DNA from: Bacteroidota bacterium
Lineage (GTDB): Bacteria > Bacteroidota > Rhodothermia > Rhodothermales > Bin80
Length of the DNA stretch: 64,000 nucleotides
Reading direction: 5' to 3'
Assembly: GCA_028875125.1 (NCBI GenBank)
Contig: JAPPGC010000027.1
Location: 4,781 to 68,780 of the forward strand
Positions 20,219-29,575 of the stretch are shown here, in pieces (the stretch's first letter is position 1; the number at the start of each line of letters is the position of its first letter). The notes beneath the pieces are model-generated. The model worked only from the letters and a program-made list of their open reading frames with translations. It had not been told where the DNA came from and ran no database searches. The position numbers were made by a program, and so were the translations under genes.

Positions 20219-20686
20219 ATGAACTCCAGATTATTTTTGACAGTAGCGGCTATTATCCTTTTTTATTCCGGATGCGTTCCAGCAGACCAGCAAGCCGCAG
20301 AGGAAATGGGGCAGACGGGTCCAGATGATTGCCCGAATCTTTCTGGTACCTGGGAATTGGTGGAAATCAGAGAGTCTGCAGGAGCGCTGAGCGGGGAGTT
20401 TGAGAGTGATCCCGAGTACCGGGAGGCACCGACGCTCAAGGTGCTTAACAGCACACACTGGATGTTTATTCGGCAGATCGCCGATGTATTTGTGCATGCG
20501 CAGGGGGGACGGTACACGCTTGATTCCCTGGGGCAGTATACCGAGTATGTGGAGTACAGTGCGATTCCTCAAAATGTCGGCCAGGCATTTGAATTCAGTT
20601 GTAGCCTCGAAGGCGATTCTCTGTGGCATCATTTGGGTGGCCAAGGTGACGCGCGCTACGATGAAGTTTGGCGCCGCGTACAATAG
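20219..20686 (+). CDS. small lipoprotein of unknown function
   Basis: 155 aa with lipobox ILFYSGC. The beta-rich body contains GTWELVEIRE. No family could be assigned from sequence alone. Confidence 0.5.
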   Translation: MNSRLFLTVAAIILFYSGCVPADQQAAEEMGQTGPDDCPNLSGTWELVEIRESAGALSGEFESDPEYREAPTLKVLNSTHWMFIRQIADVFVHAQGGRYTLDSLGQYTEYVEYSAIPQNVGQAFEFSCSLEGDSLWHHLGGQGDARYDEVWRRVQ

Positions 20687-20731
20687 TTCAGGTAGTCCGG
20701 TATCCTTTGCTGATCACCAAATCATTATCGG

Positions 20732-22333
20732 ATGCAGTTTGCTCTGATTGACTACCTTGTGTTCGGTGCTTACTGTCTTCTGATTGTGACGCTGGGGCTA
20801 TGGGTCTCGCGAGAGAAGAAGGGGCATGTCAAGAACGCTGAGGACTATTTTCTTGCCAGCAAGTCACTCCCTTGGTGGGCGATTGGTGCTTCGTTGATTG
20901 CGTCTAATATTTCGGCGGAGCAGTTCATTGGAATGTCGGGTTCGGGCTTCCGCCTGGGATTGGCAATTGCAACCTATGAATGGATGGCTGCGATCACGCT
21001 GCTGCTGGTTGCGTGGCTATTCATTCCCATCTATCTGAAGAAGGGCATCTACACGATGCCACAGTTTCTGGAAGTTCGCTATGACGCGCGCGTCCGGACT
21101 CTCCTTGCGGTGTTCTGGCTACTGGTATATGTGTTCGTGAACCTCACCTCCGTTGTTTATCTCGGCGCACTTGCTCTCAGAGACATCATGGGCATCGCCC
21201 TTTGGCAAGGAGTTTTGGCGCTCGCGGTGTTTGCCACCGTGTACAGCATCTACGGGGGACTCAAGGCGGTTGCCTGGACAGATGTGGTTCAGGTATGTTT
21301 TCTGATTGGTGGGGGACTCTTGACCACGGTCCTCGCGCTGAATGCCTATAGTGGGGGAGAAGGTGCTTTTTCAGGGCTCAGCAAACTGCTGAATGAAGTG
21401 CCTGATCGGTTCAACATGATACTTGAGCAGGGGGAACTGATCTATACGGATGACGATGGCATACGGCAGGATGCATGGGAGTTACTGCCCGGGATTGGTG
21501 TATTGGTCGGCGGTATGTGGATAGCAAACCTGTTTTACTGGGGGTGCAATCAGTACATCATCCAACGTACACTGGCTGCACCGAGCTTGAAAGAAGCGCA
21601 GCGCGGCGTTGCTTTTGCAGGTTTTTTGAAGCTGCTTCTGCCACTGATTGTGGTGGTTCCCGGGATCGTTGCATATGCACTTGAGGCTCCAATCGGAGCC
21701 GCAGATGAAGCTTACCCCTGGCTTTTGAATGCGTATGTGGGTCCGGGACTGAAAGGGCTTACGTTTGCAGCACTGATAGCGGCCATTGTTTCTTCTTTGG
21801 CTTCTATGATGAACAGTACGAGCACCATTTTCACGATGGACCTGTACCGTAACTACATTCGCCCGAGTGCGAGTCAGCGGGATCTTGTGCGTACAGGGCG
21901 ACTGGTTGCATTGGTCAGTATGGCTATAGCGGCAGTTCTGGCGCCCCAGTTGGCGTCTCTGGACCAGGTCTTCCAGTACATTCAGGAATACACAGGGTTC
22001 GTCAGCCCAGGAGTTCTGGCCATTTTCGTGCTTGGCTTGTTCTGGAAAAAATCAACGGCCAATGCTGCATTGATTTCTGCTCTACTCAGCATTCCGTTGT
22101 CTGCGGCCATGAAATGGGCCATGCCAGGGATGCCGTTCCTTGACCGAATGGGTTGGGTATTCGTGATTTCTGTGGCATTGATCGTGGTCGTTTCGCTTAT
22201 TGAGGGCAGGGGGAAGGATAGTCGCGGGGCAGTTGTTATCAGTCGAAGTGTAATTCAGACCGATCCGGTGTTTGCTATTCTGGCCTTTGGAATAATGGCG
22301 ATCACAGCTGCGCTGTACGTGATTTTCTGGTAA
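20732..22333 (+). CDS. sodium/sugar cotransporter (SGLT-type SSS family)
   Basis: 533 aa. It contains DYFLASKSLPWWAIGASLIASNISAEQFIGMSGSG and GMWIANLFYWGCNQYIIQR, which are characteristic SGLT motifs. Confidence 0.88.
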   Translation: MQFALIDYLVFGAYCLLIVTLGLWVSREKKGHVKNAEDYFLASKSLPWWAIGASLIASNISAEQFIGMSGSGFRLGLAIATYEWMAAITLLLVAWLFIPIYLKKGIYTMPQFLEVRYDARVRTLLAVFWLLVYVFVNLTSVVYLGALALRDIMGIALWQGVLALAVFATVYSIYGGLKAVAWTDVVQVCFLIGGGLLTTVLALNAYSGGEGAFSGLSKLLNEVPDRFNMILEQGELIYTDDDGIRQDAWELLPGIGVLVGGMWIANLFYWGCNQYIIQRTLAAPSLKEAQRGVAFAGFLKLLLPLIVVVPGIVAYALEAPIGAADEAYPWLLNAYVGPGLKGLTFAALIAAIVSSLASMMNSTSTIFTMDLYRNYIRPSASQRDLVRTGRLVALVSMAIAAVLAPQLASLDQVFQYIQEYTGFVSPGVLAIFVLGLFWKKSTANAALISALLSIPLSAAMKWAMPGMPFLDRMGWVFVISVALIVVVSLIEGRGKDSRGAVVISRSVIQTDPVFAILAFGIMAITAALYVIFW

Positions 22334-22537
22334 TCCAGGGGCAGAGACGATGCCTCTTTACGGATTTCTTCGAGTGATATATTTTTTTGTTATACTAGCA
22401 TGTCGTGTTGGCTCCGGTTCGGCATCGGCTGGTCGCTTAATGCGCATGAAAGCGTTTCCAAGGCTTGTAAAGCCATATCTGGCGCCCTGTGTTTGTTGCG
22501 GGACGCCTTAAACATGAACTAAACTTAGGATTGAATT

Positions 22538-25500
22538 ATGAGACTAAAAGGGTTACTGGGTGTAGCTGTGATGCTGATCCTTACCGTGCCGGTCGTGTTT
22601 GCCCAACAGGGCAAGATTGACGGCGTGGTGACCGATGCTGCCACGGGAGAGACCATTCCCGGAGCAAGTGTTAGGATTGAGGGCACTACTCAGGGAGCAG
22701 CAACGCAGGTAGACGGCTACTTCTTCATCAATAATGTGCGTCCAGATACCTACACGCTGGTCGTTTCGTTTGTAGGATTTTTGGACCAGAGGGTAGAGGG
22801 CGTTCGGGTTTCTACCGGATTGACAACTACCAGGAACATTCAACTGCGAGAAGAGGCGGTAGGGCTTGAAGAGATCGTGGTCACAAGTGAACGTCCGATT
22901 GTACAGTTGGATGTGTCCGCCAATGTGGCCAGTCTTAACCCCGAGGCTTTTCAAGATCTTCCGGTGGCAGGTGTCAGTGAGGTACTTGACCTCCAGGCCG
23001 GTATTGAGCCAGGTCTGCGTGTACGTGGTGGGGGTCTGAACGAAGTTGCTTTTGTGGTTGATGGCATGAATTTGCGGACCGGCCGCTCGCATCAACCATT
23101 TACAAATATCAGCTACACGTCACTGGAAGAAGTACAGGTCCAGACAGGAGGATTCAACGCAGAGTACGGAAACGCACGGAGTGGGATTGTGAACGTTACC
23201 ACTAAAGAGCCTTCCCGGACACGCTACACCTTTGACGCACTGTATCGCTATCAACCTGCCCAGCCAAAGTCTCTTGAAGGCTTGGGAGGTACGAATCTGG
23301 ACAATTGCAATTACTCCGGTCCGGTAACAGGGGACTGCGACAGCTGGTTCGTTCGTCCGTTCCTTGACCCGGCAGTGGCTTGGGAAGGCACCGGTAATGG
23401 TGCATGGGATCCCTATACGCAGAACCAGTACAATGCTTTTGAGGGCTGGAACGCACTCGCCGACCGGCTTCTGAATGACGAGGGTTTTGATGTTACTGCT
23501 CAGGATATGCAGCAATACTTCAAGCATACCCATCGCAAGGATAACGAGATCACCAAGCCCGACTACGAGGCGGATGTTACCTTGGCTGGCCCGCTAGTTC
23601 CCGGCATGAGCAGCAGATTGGGAGACCTGCGCTTCTCCGTATCCTACAGAGGTACGCAGACCGCCTATATCTATCCTCAGAGCCGAGATGCTTTCAAAAG
23701 TCAGACGTTCCAGGGTAAGCTGATTTCCAACGTTGCGCCAGGAATGAGGCTGAGCGTGCAGGGGATGACGGGCGTGGAGCGAGGTATTAACAGTAATCAG
23801 GGAAGTGCAGACCTCCGGATGTACGGTGGGCAAATGCCGTCTTATCCGTGGTGGGGAGCTGGAGCGCAAATCGTTGATGGTATCAATCGCCGTGGACGTG
23901 TGATTCTGTCAGATGGTGCGTTCCCACTCGCTAATATTGACCACACACTGCTTGGAGCCACCTTCACACATACGCTCAGTGCGAGTACCTTCTACGAAGT
24001 TCATTTACAGAATATTGCGTCAAAGTACCGTAGTCATTTTCCGAATCTTCGTGATAGCTCATACACGGAGGACGGTGTCTTCTACCCGGTTCCGTATACC
24101 AATAACTTTGGTAGATTGACTCCCGCGGGCGAGGCAAACAGGGACCAGGTAACCTGCTTTGGTGGTGCCGGAGATCTCAATGGAGACGGAGTGACAACCC
24201 CGTATTGTGTTGGGGATGAGCCGTTTGGATTTTTGGGGCAAGGCGGTAACCTGCTCGGCGGTGCCGAGACCACCGGTGGCCACTGGGTGAAGACGCGAGA
24301 CACCTCTGATGTGAGCGTGTTCACCGGTCGGTTTGACCTGACCAGTCAGGTCACCCGGGTGCTTCAGCTCAAAACAGGTGCAGAACTCATTATCAGTGAT
24401 TATGATCTGAACTACAAGAGGGTAAACCTTGCACTCGTGGGACCGGAAGCCGAGGCCGACTATCCACTTTCACGTCAACCGATCCAGGGTGCAGCCTATG
24501 CACAAGGTAAGTTGGAATTCCAGGGCATGATCGCCAACCTTGGTGTGCGTATAGACTTCTTTGATGCGAATACAGCCTGGTGGGTAGCGGAGAACCCGTA
24601 TGATCAGGCTTACCGGCAGCGAGTAGAAGGTTTAGATGAACTGCTGAGCAAAGAGGATCCGGCGGCACAGATATTCATCAGCCCCCGGTTGGGTATCTCC
24701 TTCCCGATCACGCAGGAAAGCAAGCTTTATTTTAACTACGGCCATTTCCGTCAAATGCTGAACCCATTTGATGTGTTTGGTATTCAGCAGTCGCGCAACA
24801 GTGGTATTGATGTAATGGGTAACCCAGACCATCCAATGCCCCAGACTGTGGCGTATGAGTTGGGATTTGACCAAAACCTCTTTGACCAGTACTTGCTGAG
24901 GGTCAGCGGTTTCTATCGTGATATCCGCAATCAGCCACGTAATGTTACCTACAATAGCCTAGGTGGGGTCGTGAACTATGCGATCAAGCAGCCTTGGAAT
25001 TATGAGGATGTGCGTGGGGCAGAAGTCACATTGACCAAGCCACGCGGCGATTGGGTTCGGGGGTTTGTGAACTACACTTTCCTGCAGACCAAAGGCGGTA
25101 ATTTTGGCTATAGCCAGTTCAACGAAAACACTTTCCAGCAGCGCAACTATCTGCGGACCTCGACAGACTACCGTATTGGGGCTCCATTGGCTGAGCCTTT
25201 TGCCCGTGCAAACCTACTCTTTCTGACGCCGACTAGTTTTGTGCCCTCTCTGTTAAATGGCTCATTGCTGGGAGATTGGCGCGTAAGTCTGCTGGGCGAA
25301 TGGCGTGCAGGTCAGAAATGGAGATGGGCAGGCGGTGGCGGTGCACCTCCCGAATTACAGGAGAATGTTCGCTGGCGGAGCTATGTTAATTTTGATCTTC
25401 GCTTTACGAAGCATGTCAATACGCGATTCGGCGGTGCGCAGATCTTCCTGGATGTGTCCAACCTCTTCAATCGCCGCCATCTGTACAACGCCACCGGCTT

Positions 25501-25921
25501 CCACCCAGATGGTAGAGATTTTGACCGCTACATGTGGTCACTGCACCTGCCGGAAGACATCTTTGATCAGATGAATGCGGTCGACGAGAATCTGTCGTAT
25601 GCCGACAAACAGGGACTTCCCTATATATGGGTCCCCGGAGACGATCGGCCAGGTGTATTCCGTCATCCTGATGTGGCCTATCAGCCAATCGAAGCATTCA
25701 AATCACTTGATGGCGTCAGTGAACCCAATACTGTTGCTTGGTACTGGGCAGCCGACACGGGCACGTACTCCCGCTGGAATGGATCCAGCTTTGTGGCCGT
25801 GCCGGACGGTGAGGTACAGCAGGTACTTGATGACAAAGCATACATTGATATGCCGAACCTGCGGTTCAACACATTCTTGAACAATCGGCGACTCACTTTG
25901 GGTATTCGTGTAACCTTATAA
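22538..25921 (+). CDS. TonB-dependent outer-membrane receptor with a CarboxypepD_reg-like N-domain
   Basis: 1127 aa with a signal peptide. The CarboxypepD_reg-like domain reads GKIDGVVTDAATGETIPGASVRIEG...DGYFFINNVRPDTYTLVVSFVGF. A plug region (VLDLQAGIE...VRGGG...VVDGMNL) and a long beta-barrel follow. Confidence 0.85.
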   Translation: MRLKGLLGVAVMLILTVPVVFAQQGKIDGVVTDAATGETIPGASVRIEGTTQGAATQVDGYFFINNVRPDTYTLVVSFVGFLDQRVEGVRVSTGLTTTRNIQLREEAVGLEEIVVTSERPIVQLDVSANVASLNPEAFQDLPVAGVSEVLDLQAGIEPGLRVRGGGLNEVAFVVDGMNLRTGRSHQPFTNISYTSLEEVQVQTGGFNAEYGNARSGIVNVTTKEPSRTRYTFDALYRYQPAQPKSLEGLGGTNLDNCNYSGPVTGDCDSWFVRPFLDPAVAWEGTGNGAWDPYTQNQYNAFEGWNALADRLLNDEGFDVTAQDMQQYFKHTHRKDNEITKPDYEADVTLAGPLVPGMSSRLGDLRFSVSYRGTQTAYIYPQSRDAFKSQTFQGKLISNVAPGMRLSVQGMTGVERGINSNQGSADLRMYGGQMPSYPWWGAGAQIVDGINRRGRVILSDGAFPLANIDHTLLGATFTHTLSASTFYEVHLQNIASKYRSHFPNLRDSSYTEDGVFYPVPYTNNFGRLTPAGEANRDQVTCFGGAGDLNGDGVTTPYCVGDEPFGFLGQGGNLLGGAETTGGHWVKTRDTSDVSVFTGRFDLTSQVTRVLQLKTGAELIISDYDLNYKRVNLALVGPEAEADYPLSRQPIQGAAYAQGKLEFQGMIANLGVRIDFFDANTAWWVAENPYDQAYRQRVEGLDELLSKEDPAAQIFISPRLGISFPITQESKLYFNYGHFRQMLNPFDVFGIQQSRNSGIDVMGNPDHPMPQTVAYELGFDQNLFDQYLLRVSGFYRDIRNQPRNVTYNSLGGVVNYAIKQPWNYEDVRGAEVTLTKPRGDWVRGFVNYTFLQTKGGNFGYSQFNENTFQQRNYLRTSTDYRIGAPLAEPFARANLLFLTPTSFVPSLLNGSLLGDWRVSLLGEWRAGQKWRWAGGGGAPPELQENVRWRSYVNFDLRFTKHVNTRFGGAQIFLDVSNLFNRRHLYNATGFHPDGRDFDRYMWSLHLPEDIFDQMNAVDENLSYADKQGLPYIWVPGDDRPGVFRHPDVAYQPIEAFKSLDGVSEPNTVAWYWAADTGTYSRWNGSSFVAVPDGEVQQVLDDKAYIDMPNLRFNTFLNNRRLTLGIRVTL

Positions 25922-25933
25922 AAGCTTGAAGCA

Positions 25934-25990
25934 GGGCGCCTGCCTCGGAATCAGGACAGGCGCCCGCTGATGGTTTTCATTTTTAATCTA
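25934..25990 (+). terminator. stem-loop after the receptor gene (possible terminator or attenuator)
   Basis: A perfect 9-bp stem pairs GGGCGCCTG (25934-25942) with CAGGCGCCC (25957-25965). A T-rich tract (ggttttcattttt) lies a few nt downstream. Confidence 0.45.
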
Positions 25991-25998
25991 GCAAGCTC

Positions 25999-28341
25999 AT
26001 GAAAATCAGTTACTACATGAAAGCACTTTCGGCTGGACTGTTATTGTTCACCTTCGTGCCAATGGCTGCCACGGCCCAGTTCACTGCACAGTGGCTGGAT
26101 ATTGGCACATTCCACAGCACATGGACCGAATCAGGAGCCCAGCATGAAGGTAATTCGTCTGCCGCAGATGGTATGGAATGGCCCTCCATTCTGCGTAACA
26201 GCAGTCACTTCAGGGCCAAAGCACTTTGGCTGGGAACAAAGGACTGGACAGATGCCAACGGACAATCCTTCCCATACTTCGTAGCCCGGATTGGTCCCCG
26301 GACCGCCGGCGCGGGCGTGACGTACCCAGTACAAAATGTGCTTATTAGCAAGACGGAGGACACTGTTGTGGAGGTGGATGGGGCCCTGTCGTTCGACAAT
26401 GTCGCTGTTGTTGACGAGATAGATCCGGGGCTTCCGGCCGACCGAATGGTGCATAACATCCACAATACATATATCGGCGTTACGGTAGATCGGAGGGCAT
26501 ACGCCTATGTCAATCAGGCTCACGATGACTATAACATCATTGAGTACATTTACACCAACACCGGAAACACGGACGAAGACGAGGATATCGAACTTCCGAA
26601 TCAGAACTTGAAAGAAACGTACTTCTTCCGCATCCACCGGTGGAGGGGAAATCTGCAGGGCGCCTGGACGGTCAGCGGTGGCATGGTTTGGGGCAAGTTC
26701 AGCATGATTGACGTCGTCGGAGATGGACATGCAGAGTACCCGATCACATTCACCTCACAGTACCTGTGGATTGGTATTGATCCTGAAACACAGGGAGATT
26801 ATGATCGCTTTGGTGGGTCCCTTTTCAACGAGGCCTGGTGGGCACCTCCGGCTGATTCGATTGGACGCTTGACCGGGGCTAGTTACATTGGTCGGGCAAC
26901 AATTCATGCCGACAACTCGCCTACGGATTCCCGCTACATTCGCTGCACCATGGCTACCATAGAGACTTGCCAGCCTGCGACCATGGGCTTTATGGACTCT
27001 GACGAAGCACTAACAGCTGACGGTAGTTCTCACGAAGATTATTACGAGTGGGGGATTCGGACGCGTGAGAATCCTGACCGTATTGATGGTGGGTCCCAGC
27101 ATATGTGGCCGCATTATGCTGACCGTATTGAGCCGAGCGGCATATTCTGGGAGGCCAAGAATGACGCCTCCACAGGTAAGCAGGGCGGTCACGCTGTCAC
27201 GACAGCTTATGGCCCCTACGATTTTGCCCCAGGTGAAAGTGTTCGGCTCGTGGTCGTTGAAGGTGTGGGCGGATTGACCATTGATGCAAGTGTCAGGATT
27301 GGCAGGGCATTTAAGCTTGGTGGATTGGATCGCGATTCAGACCTGATCCGCTATGATGCAGATGGGGATGGAATGATTCAAACCGGTACTTTCGATCATT
27401 CCATCAATCAGATGGATATGGATGGCGATGGAATGTTTGATACATTCGGCCATGGGTTGGAGGAAATGACCAAGAATCAGTGGGTTGTAACTGCACGTGA
27501 TTCGATGTTGCAAACGCTGCAGCGGGGGATTAATCTCTATGCAGCCAGCAATAACATGAGTGCTTATCCAATTCCCGAAGCACCTCATGCTCCCACGGCC
27601 TTCAGTGTTGTCGGTCGTCCAGACAAAGTTGAAGTCAGATGGACGAATCCTGCGGGGGGACCTTCGCGCACAAAATGGTTGCTCTATCGGACCTCTCGGT
27701 ATGAGGACTACATCTACGAAAGCTGCCTGAATCTTGACTCGCAGCAGTATACGGATGGCTCAAATCCAAGAGATCCGGCAGACCCCGGTGCATCAGGTCA
27801 GCAGCACTGCGGCTACGAAATGATTGCGTCGCTGGATGCTGGAGCAAATTCCTATGATGATACCGATCTCAACAGGGGAACGGACTACTACTACTATCTA
27901 CAGGCTGTTGGTGGACCGCAGCCAATGGATCCAGATGGTATTTCTGGAACGCCAACGGGCTCGCCACTTCGCAGTTCTCGCTCCCTTACACAGACCTATC
28001 AGCCTGTTAACCTGAAACGCCCCGCGTATGGGTCAACAGGCACTGTGGAGGATGCACGTATCGTACCTAACCCGGTTAATCTCGGCGCAGATGCTACTGT
28101 AAGGTTCGATCAAGAGGACCGTGTTGCATTCTTCAATATCCCGGGTAACTGTACGATCAAGATCTATACCGAGATTGGAGAATTAGTCCACACCATTGAG
28201 CACAATGACGGTAGTGGTGATGAGCTATGGAACTTGACCACTACATCTCGTCAGTTGCTTGTGAGCGGTATCTACATTGCTGTTATTTCAGACAATGACA
28301 CGGGTGACGAAGCGATTCGAAAATTCACGGTAATCCGGTAG
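25999..28341 (+). CDS. secreted 780-aa protein with Ca-binding-like DxDGDG repeats, an Fn3-like module and a T9SS-type C-terminal sorting domain
   Basis: Signal peptide LLLFTFVPMAATAQF. It contains DADGDGMIQ...DMDGDGMFD and VEVRWTNPAGG...YYYYLQAVG. The C-terminal ~90 aa read VPNPVNLGADATVRF...NCTIKIYTEIGELVHTI...SGIYIAVISD...FTVIR, a CTD-like pattern. Confidence 0.6.
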   Translation: MKISYYMKALSAGLLLFTFVPMAATAQFTAQWLDIGTFHSTWTESGAQHEGNSSAADGMEWPSILRNSSHFRAKALWLGTKDWTDANGQSFPYFVARIGPRTAGAGVTYPVQNVLISKTEDTVVEVDGALSFDNVAVVDEIDPGLPADRMVHNIHNTYIGVTVDRRAYAYVNQAHDDYNIIEYIYTNTGNTDEDEDIELPNQNLKETYFFRIHRWRGNLQGAWTVSGGMVWGKFSMIDVVGDGHAEYPITFTSQYLWIGIDPETQGDYDRFGGSLFNEAWWAPPADSIGRLTGASYIGRATIHADNSPTDSRYIRCTMATIETCQPATMGFMDSDEALTADGSSHEDYYEWGIRTRENPDRIDGGSQHMWPHYADRIEPSGIFWEAKNDASTGKQGGHAVTTAYGPYDFAPGESVRLVVVEGVGGLTIDASVRIGRAFKLGGLDRDSDLIRYDADGDGMIQTGTFDHSINQMDMDGDGMFDTFGHGLEEMTKNQWVVTARDSMLQTLQRGINLYAASNNMSAYPIPEAPHAPTAFSVVGRPDKVEVRWTNPAGGPSRTKWLLYRTSRYEDYIYESCLNLDSQQYTDGSNPRDPADPGASGQQHCGYEMIASLDAGANSYDDTDLNRGTDYYYYLQAVGGPQPMDPDGISGTPTGSPLRSSRSLTQTYQPVNLKRPAYGSTGTVEDARIVPNPVNLGADATVRFDQEDRVAFFNIPGNCTIKIYTEIGELVHTIEHNDGSGDELWNLTTTSRQLLVSGIYIAVISDNDTGDEAIRKFTVIR

Positions 28342-28349
28342 CTGTGTTA

Positions 28350-28386
28350 GCACGGCGCTCTGTCTGCACAGGGCAGAGCGCCGTGC
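28350..28386 (+). other. perfect 13-bp stem-loop in the 75-nt spacer before the PorV-like gene
   Basis: GCACGGCGCTCTG (28350-28362) pairs with CAGAGCGCCGTGC (28374-28386) around an 11-nt loop. No T-run follows. Confidence 0.6.
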
Positions 28387-28416
28387 AACACGCAACCCTA
28401 TAAGACAAACGATGCA

Positions 28417-29484
28417 ATGAAAAAGCACTACTTCTTTTCAATACTGACGGTCGCCGCACTCCTGCTTGGCAGTGCCTCGATTTCTTATGGTCAGGCAGGC
28501 CTAACCCCGGATACTGAGGTGGAAACGGACAAGCGCGCCCAGACCGGAATGAAATTCCTGAGCACATCGGTGGATGCCCGCGCCTCTGCTATTGGTTCGG
28601 CGCTGACTGCTGAGATGGTCGGTACTTCAACTTCAATGTTCTACAATCCTGCGAGTATGGGCTTCATGGTGGGGCGTATGCATGCAGCGGCAACCAGTAT
28701 GAGCTTTATCGCAGATATCGGCTATACGCAGGCCAGTATTGCGTTCCGTCCAGGTTCGGGGGGCAACTTTGGTGTAGTCGGTGTATCTCTGGTTTCGGTG
28801 GACTATGGCGATTTTAACTATAACGTTCGTGCCAACAATGACGATGGATTTGTGCAGTTGGGCACCTATCAACCCACGGCCATGGCTGTGGGTCTAGGGT
28901 ACGCCAGATCCTTTGGTGACCGTTTCTCGGCGGGCGCCAATGTGAAGCTTGTTTTCCAGGATCTAGGTTCAGGATTTGCGACTTCCCAGGAATTTGATAC
29001 GGGGGCTGTTACTACAACAGAGGACTACAGCGCACAGACAGTAGCATTTGATTTCGGTATTGTATATGCCACCGGGTTTGAGAGCTTGGTTATCGGTATG
29101 AGCGCGCGTAACTTTGCCCAGGAGCAAACCTATGTGCGTGAAAGGTTTGAGTTGCCGCTGACCTTCCAGATCGGAATGTCAATGAACTTGGTTGACCTTA
29201 CCTCCATGGATCCAGACATGCACAGCATTCAGCTTCATGTCGATGCCCAGCGTCCCAGAGACTTTTCTGAGCATGTTCGTTTCGGCGTGGAATACACACT
29301 TATGGATATAGTATCCATTCGAGGTGGGTTTGAGCAACTGGGCGTGAGCGAAGAGCAGGGATTGAGTGCTGGCGCCGGACTTCGGTATGAGTTCGGAAAC
29401 GTCCGTGTTGGGGCAGACTACGCATATACCCAGTTTGGTGTCTTCGGCACGGTGAACCGCATTGGCCTCCAGATTGGTCTCTAA
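28417..29484 (+). CDS. PorV/PorQ-family outer-membrane beta-barrel protein
   Basis: 355 aa with a signal peptide. The family-typical N-terminal motif is GMKFLSTSVDARASAIGSALTA...SMFYNPASMGF. Alternating beta-strand sequence runs to the C-terminus (...RIGLQIGL). Confidence 0.7.
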   Translation: MKKHYFFSILTVAALLLGSASISYGQAGLTPDTEVETDKRAQTGMKFLSTSVDARASAIGSALTAEMVGTSTSMFYNPASMGFMVGRMHAAATSMSFIADIGYTQASIAFRPGSGGNFGVVGVSLVSVDYGDFNYNVRANNDDGFVQLGTYQPTAMAVGLGYARSFGDRFSAGANVKLVFQDLGSGFATSQEFDTGAVTTTEDYSAQTVAFDFGIVYATGFESLVIGMSARNFAQEQTYVRERFELPLTFQIGMSMNLVDLTSMDPDMHSIQLHVDAQRPRDFSEHVRFGVEYTLMDIVSIRGGFEQLGVSEEQGLSAGAGLRYEFGNVRVGADYAYTQFGVFGTVNRIGLQIGL

Positions 29485-29529
29485 AACGAAAAATCAATTC
29501 ATTCCTGAGTAACTAGTATTCAGGTTAAT

Positions 29530-29570
29530 AGCGGAGAATTGGGGCTATGCTCCAATTCTCCGCTTTTTTC
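29530..29570 (+). terminator. rho-independent terminator
   Basis: A 13-bp perfect stem pairs AGCGGAGAATTGG (29530-29542) with CCAATTCTCCGCT (29552-29564). The loop is 9 nt and TTTTTT follows immediately. Confidence 0.85.
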
Positions 29571-29575
29571 TAGAG

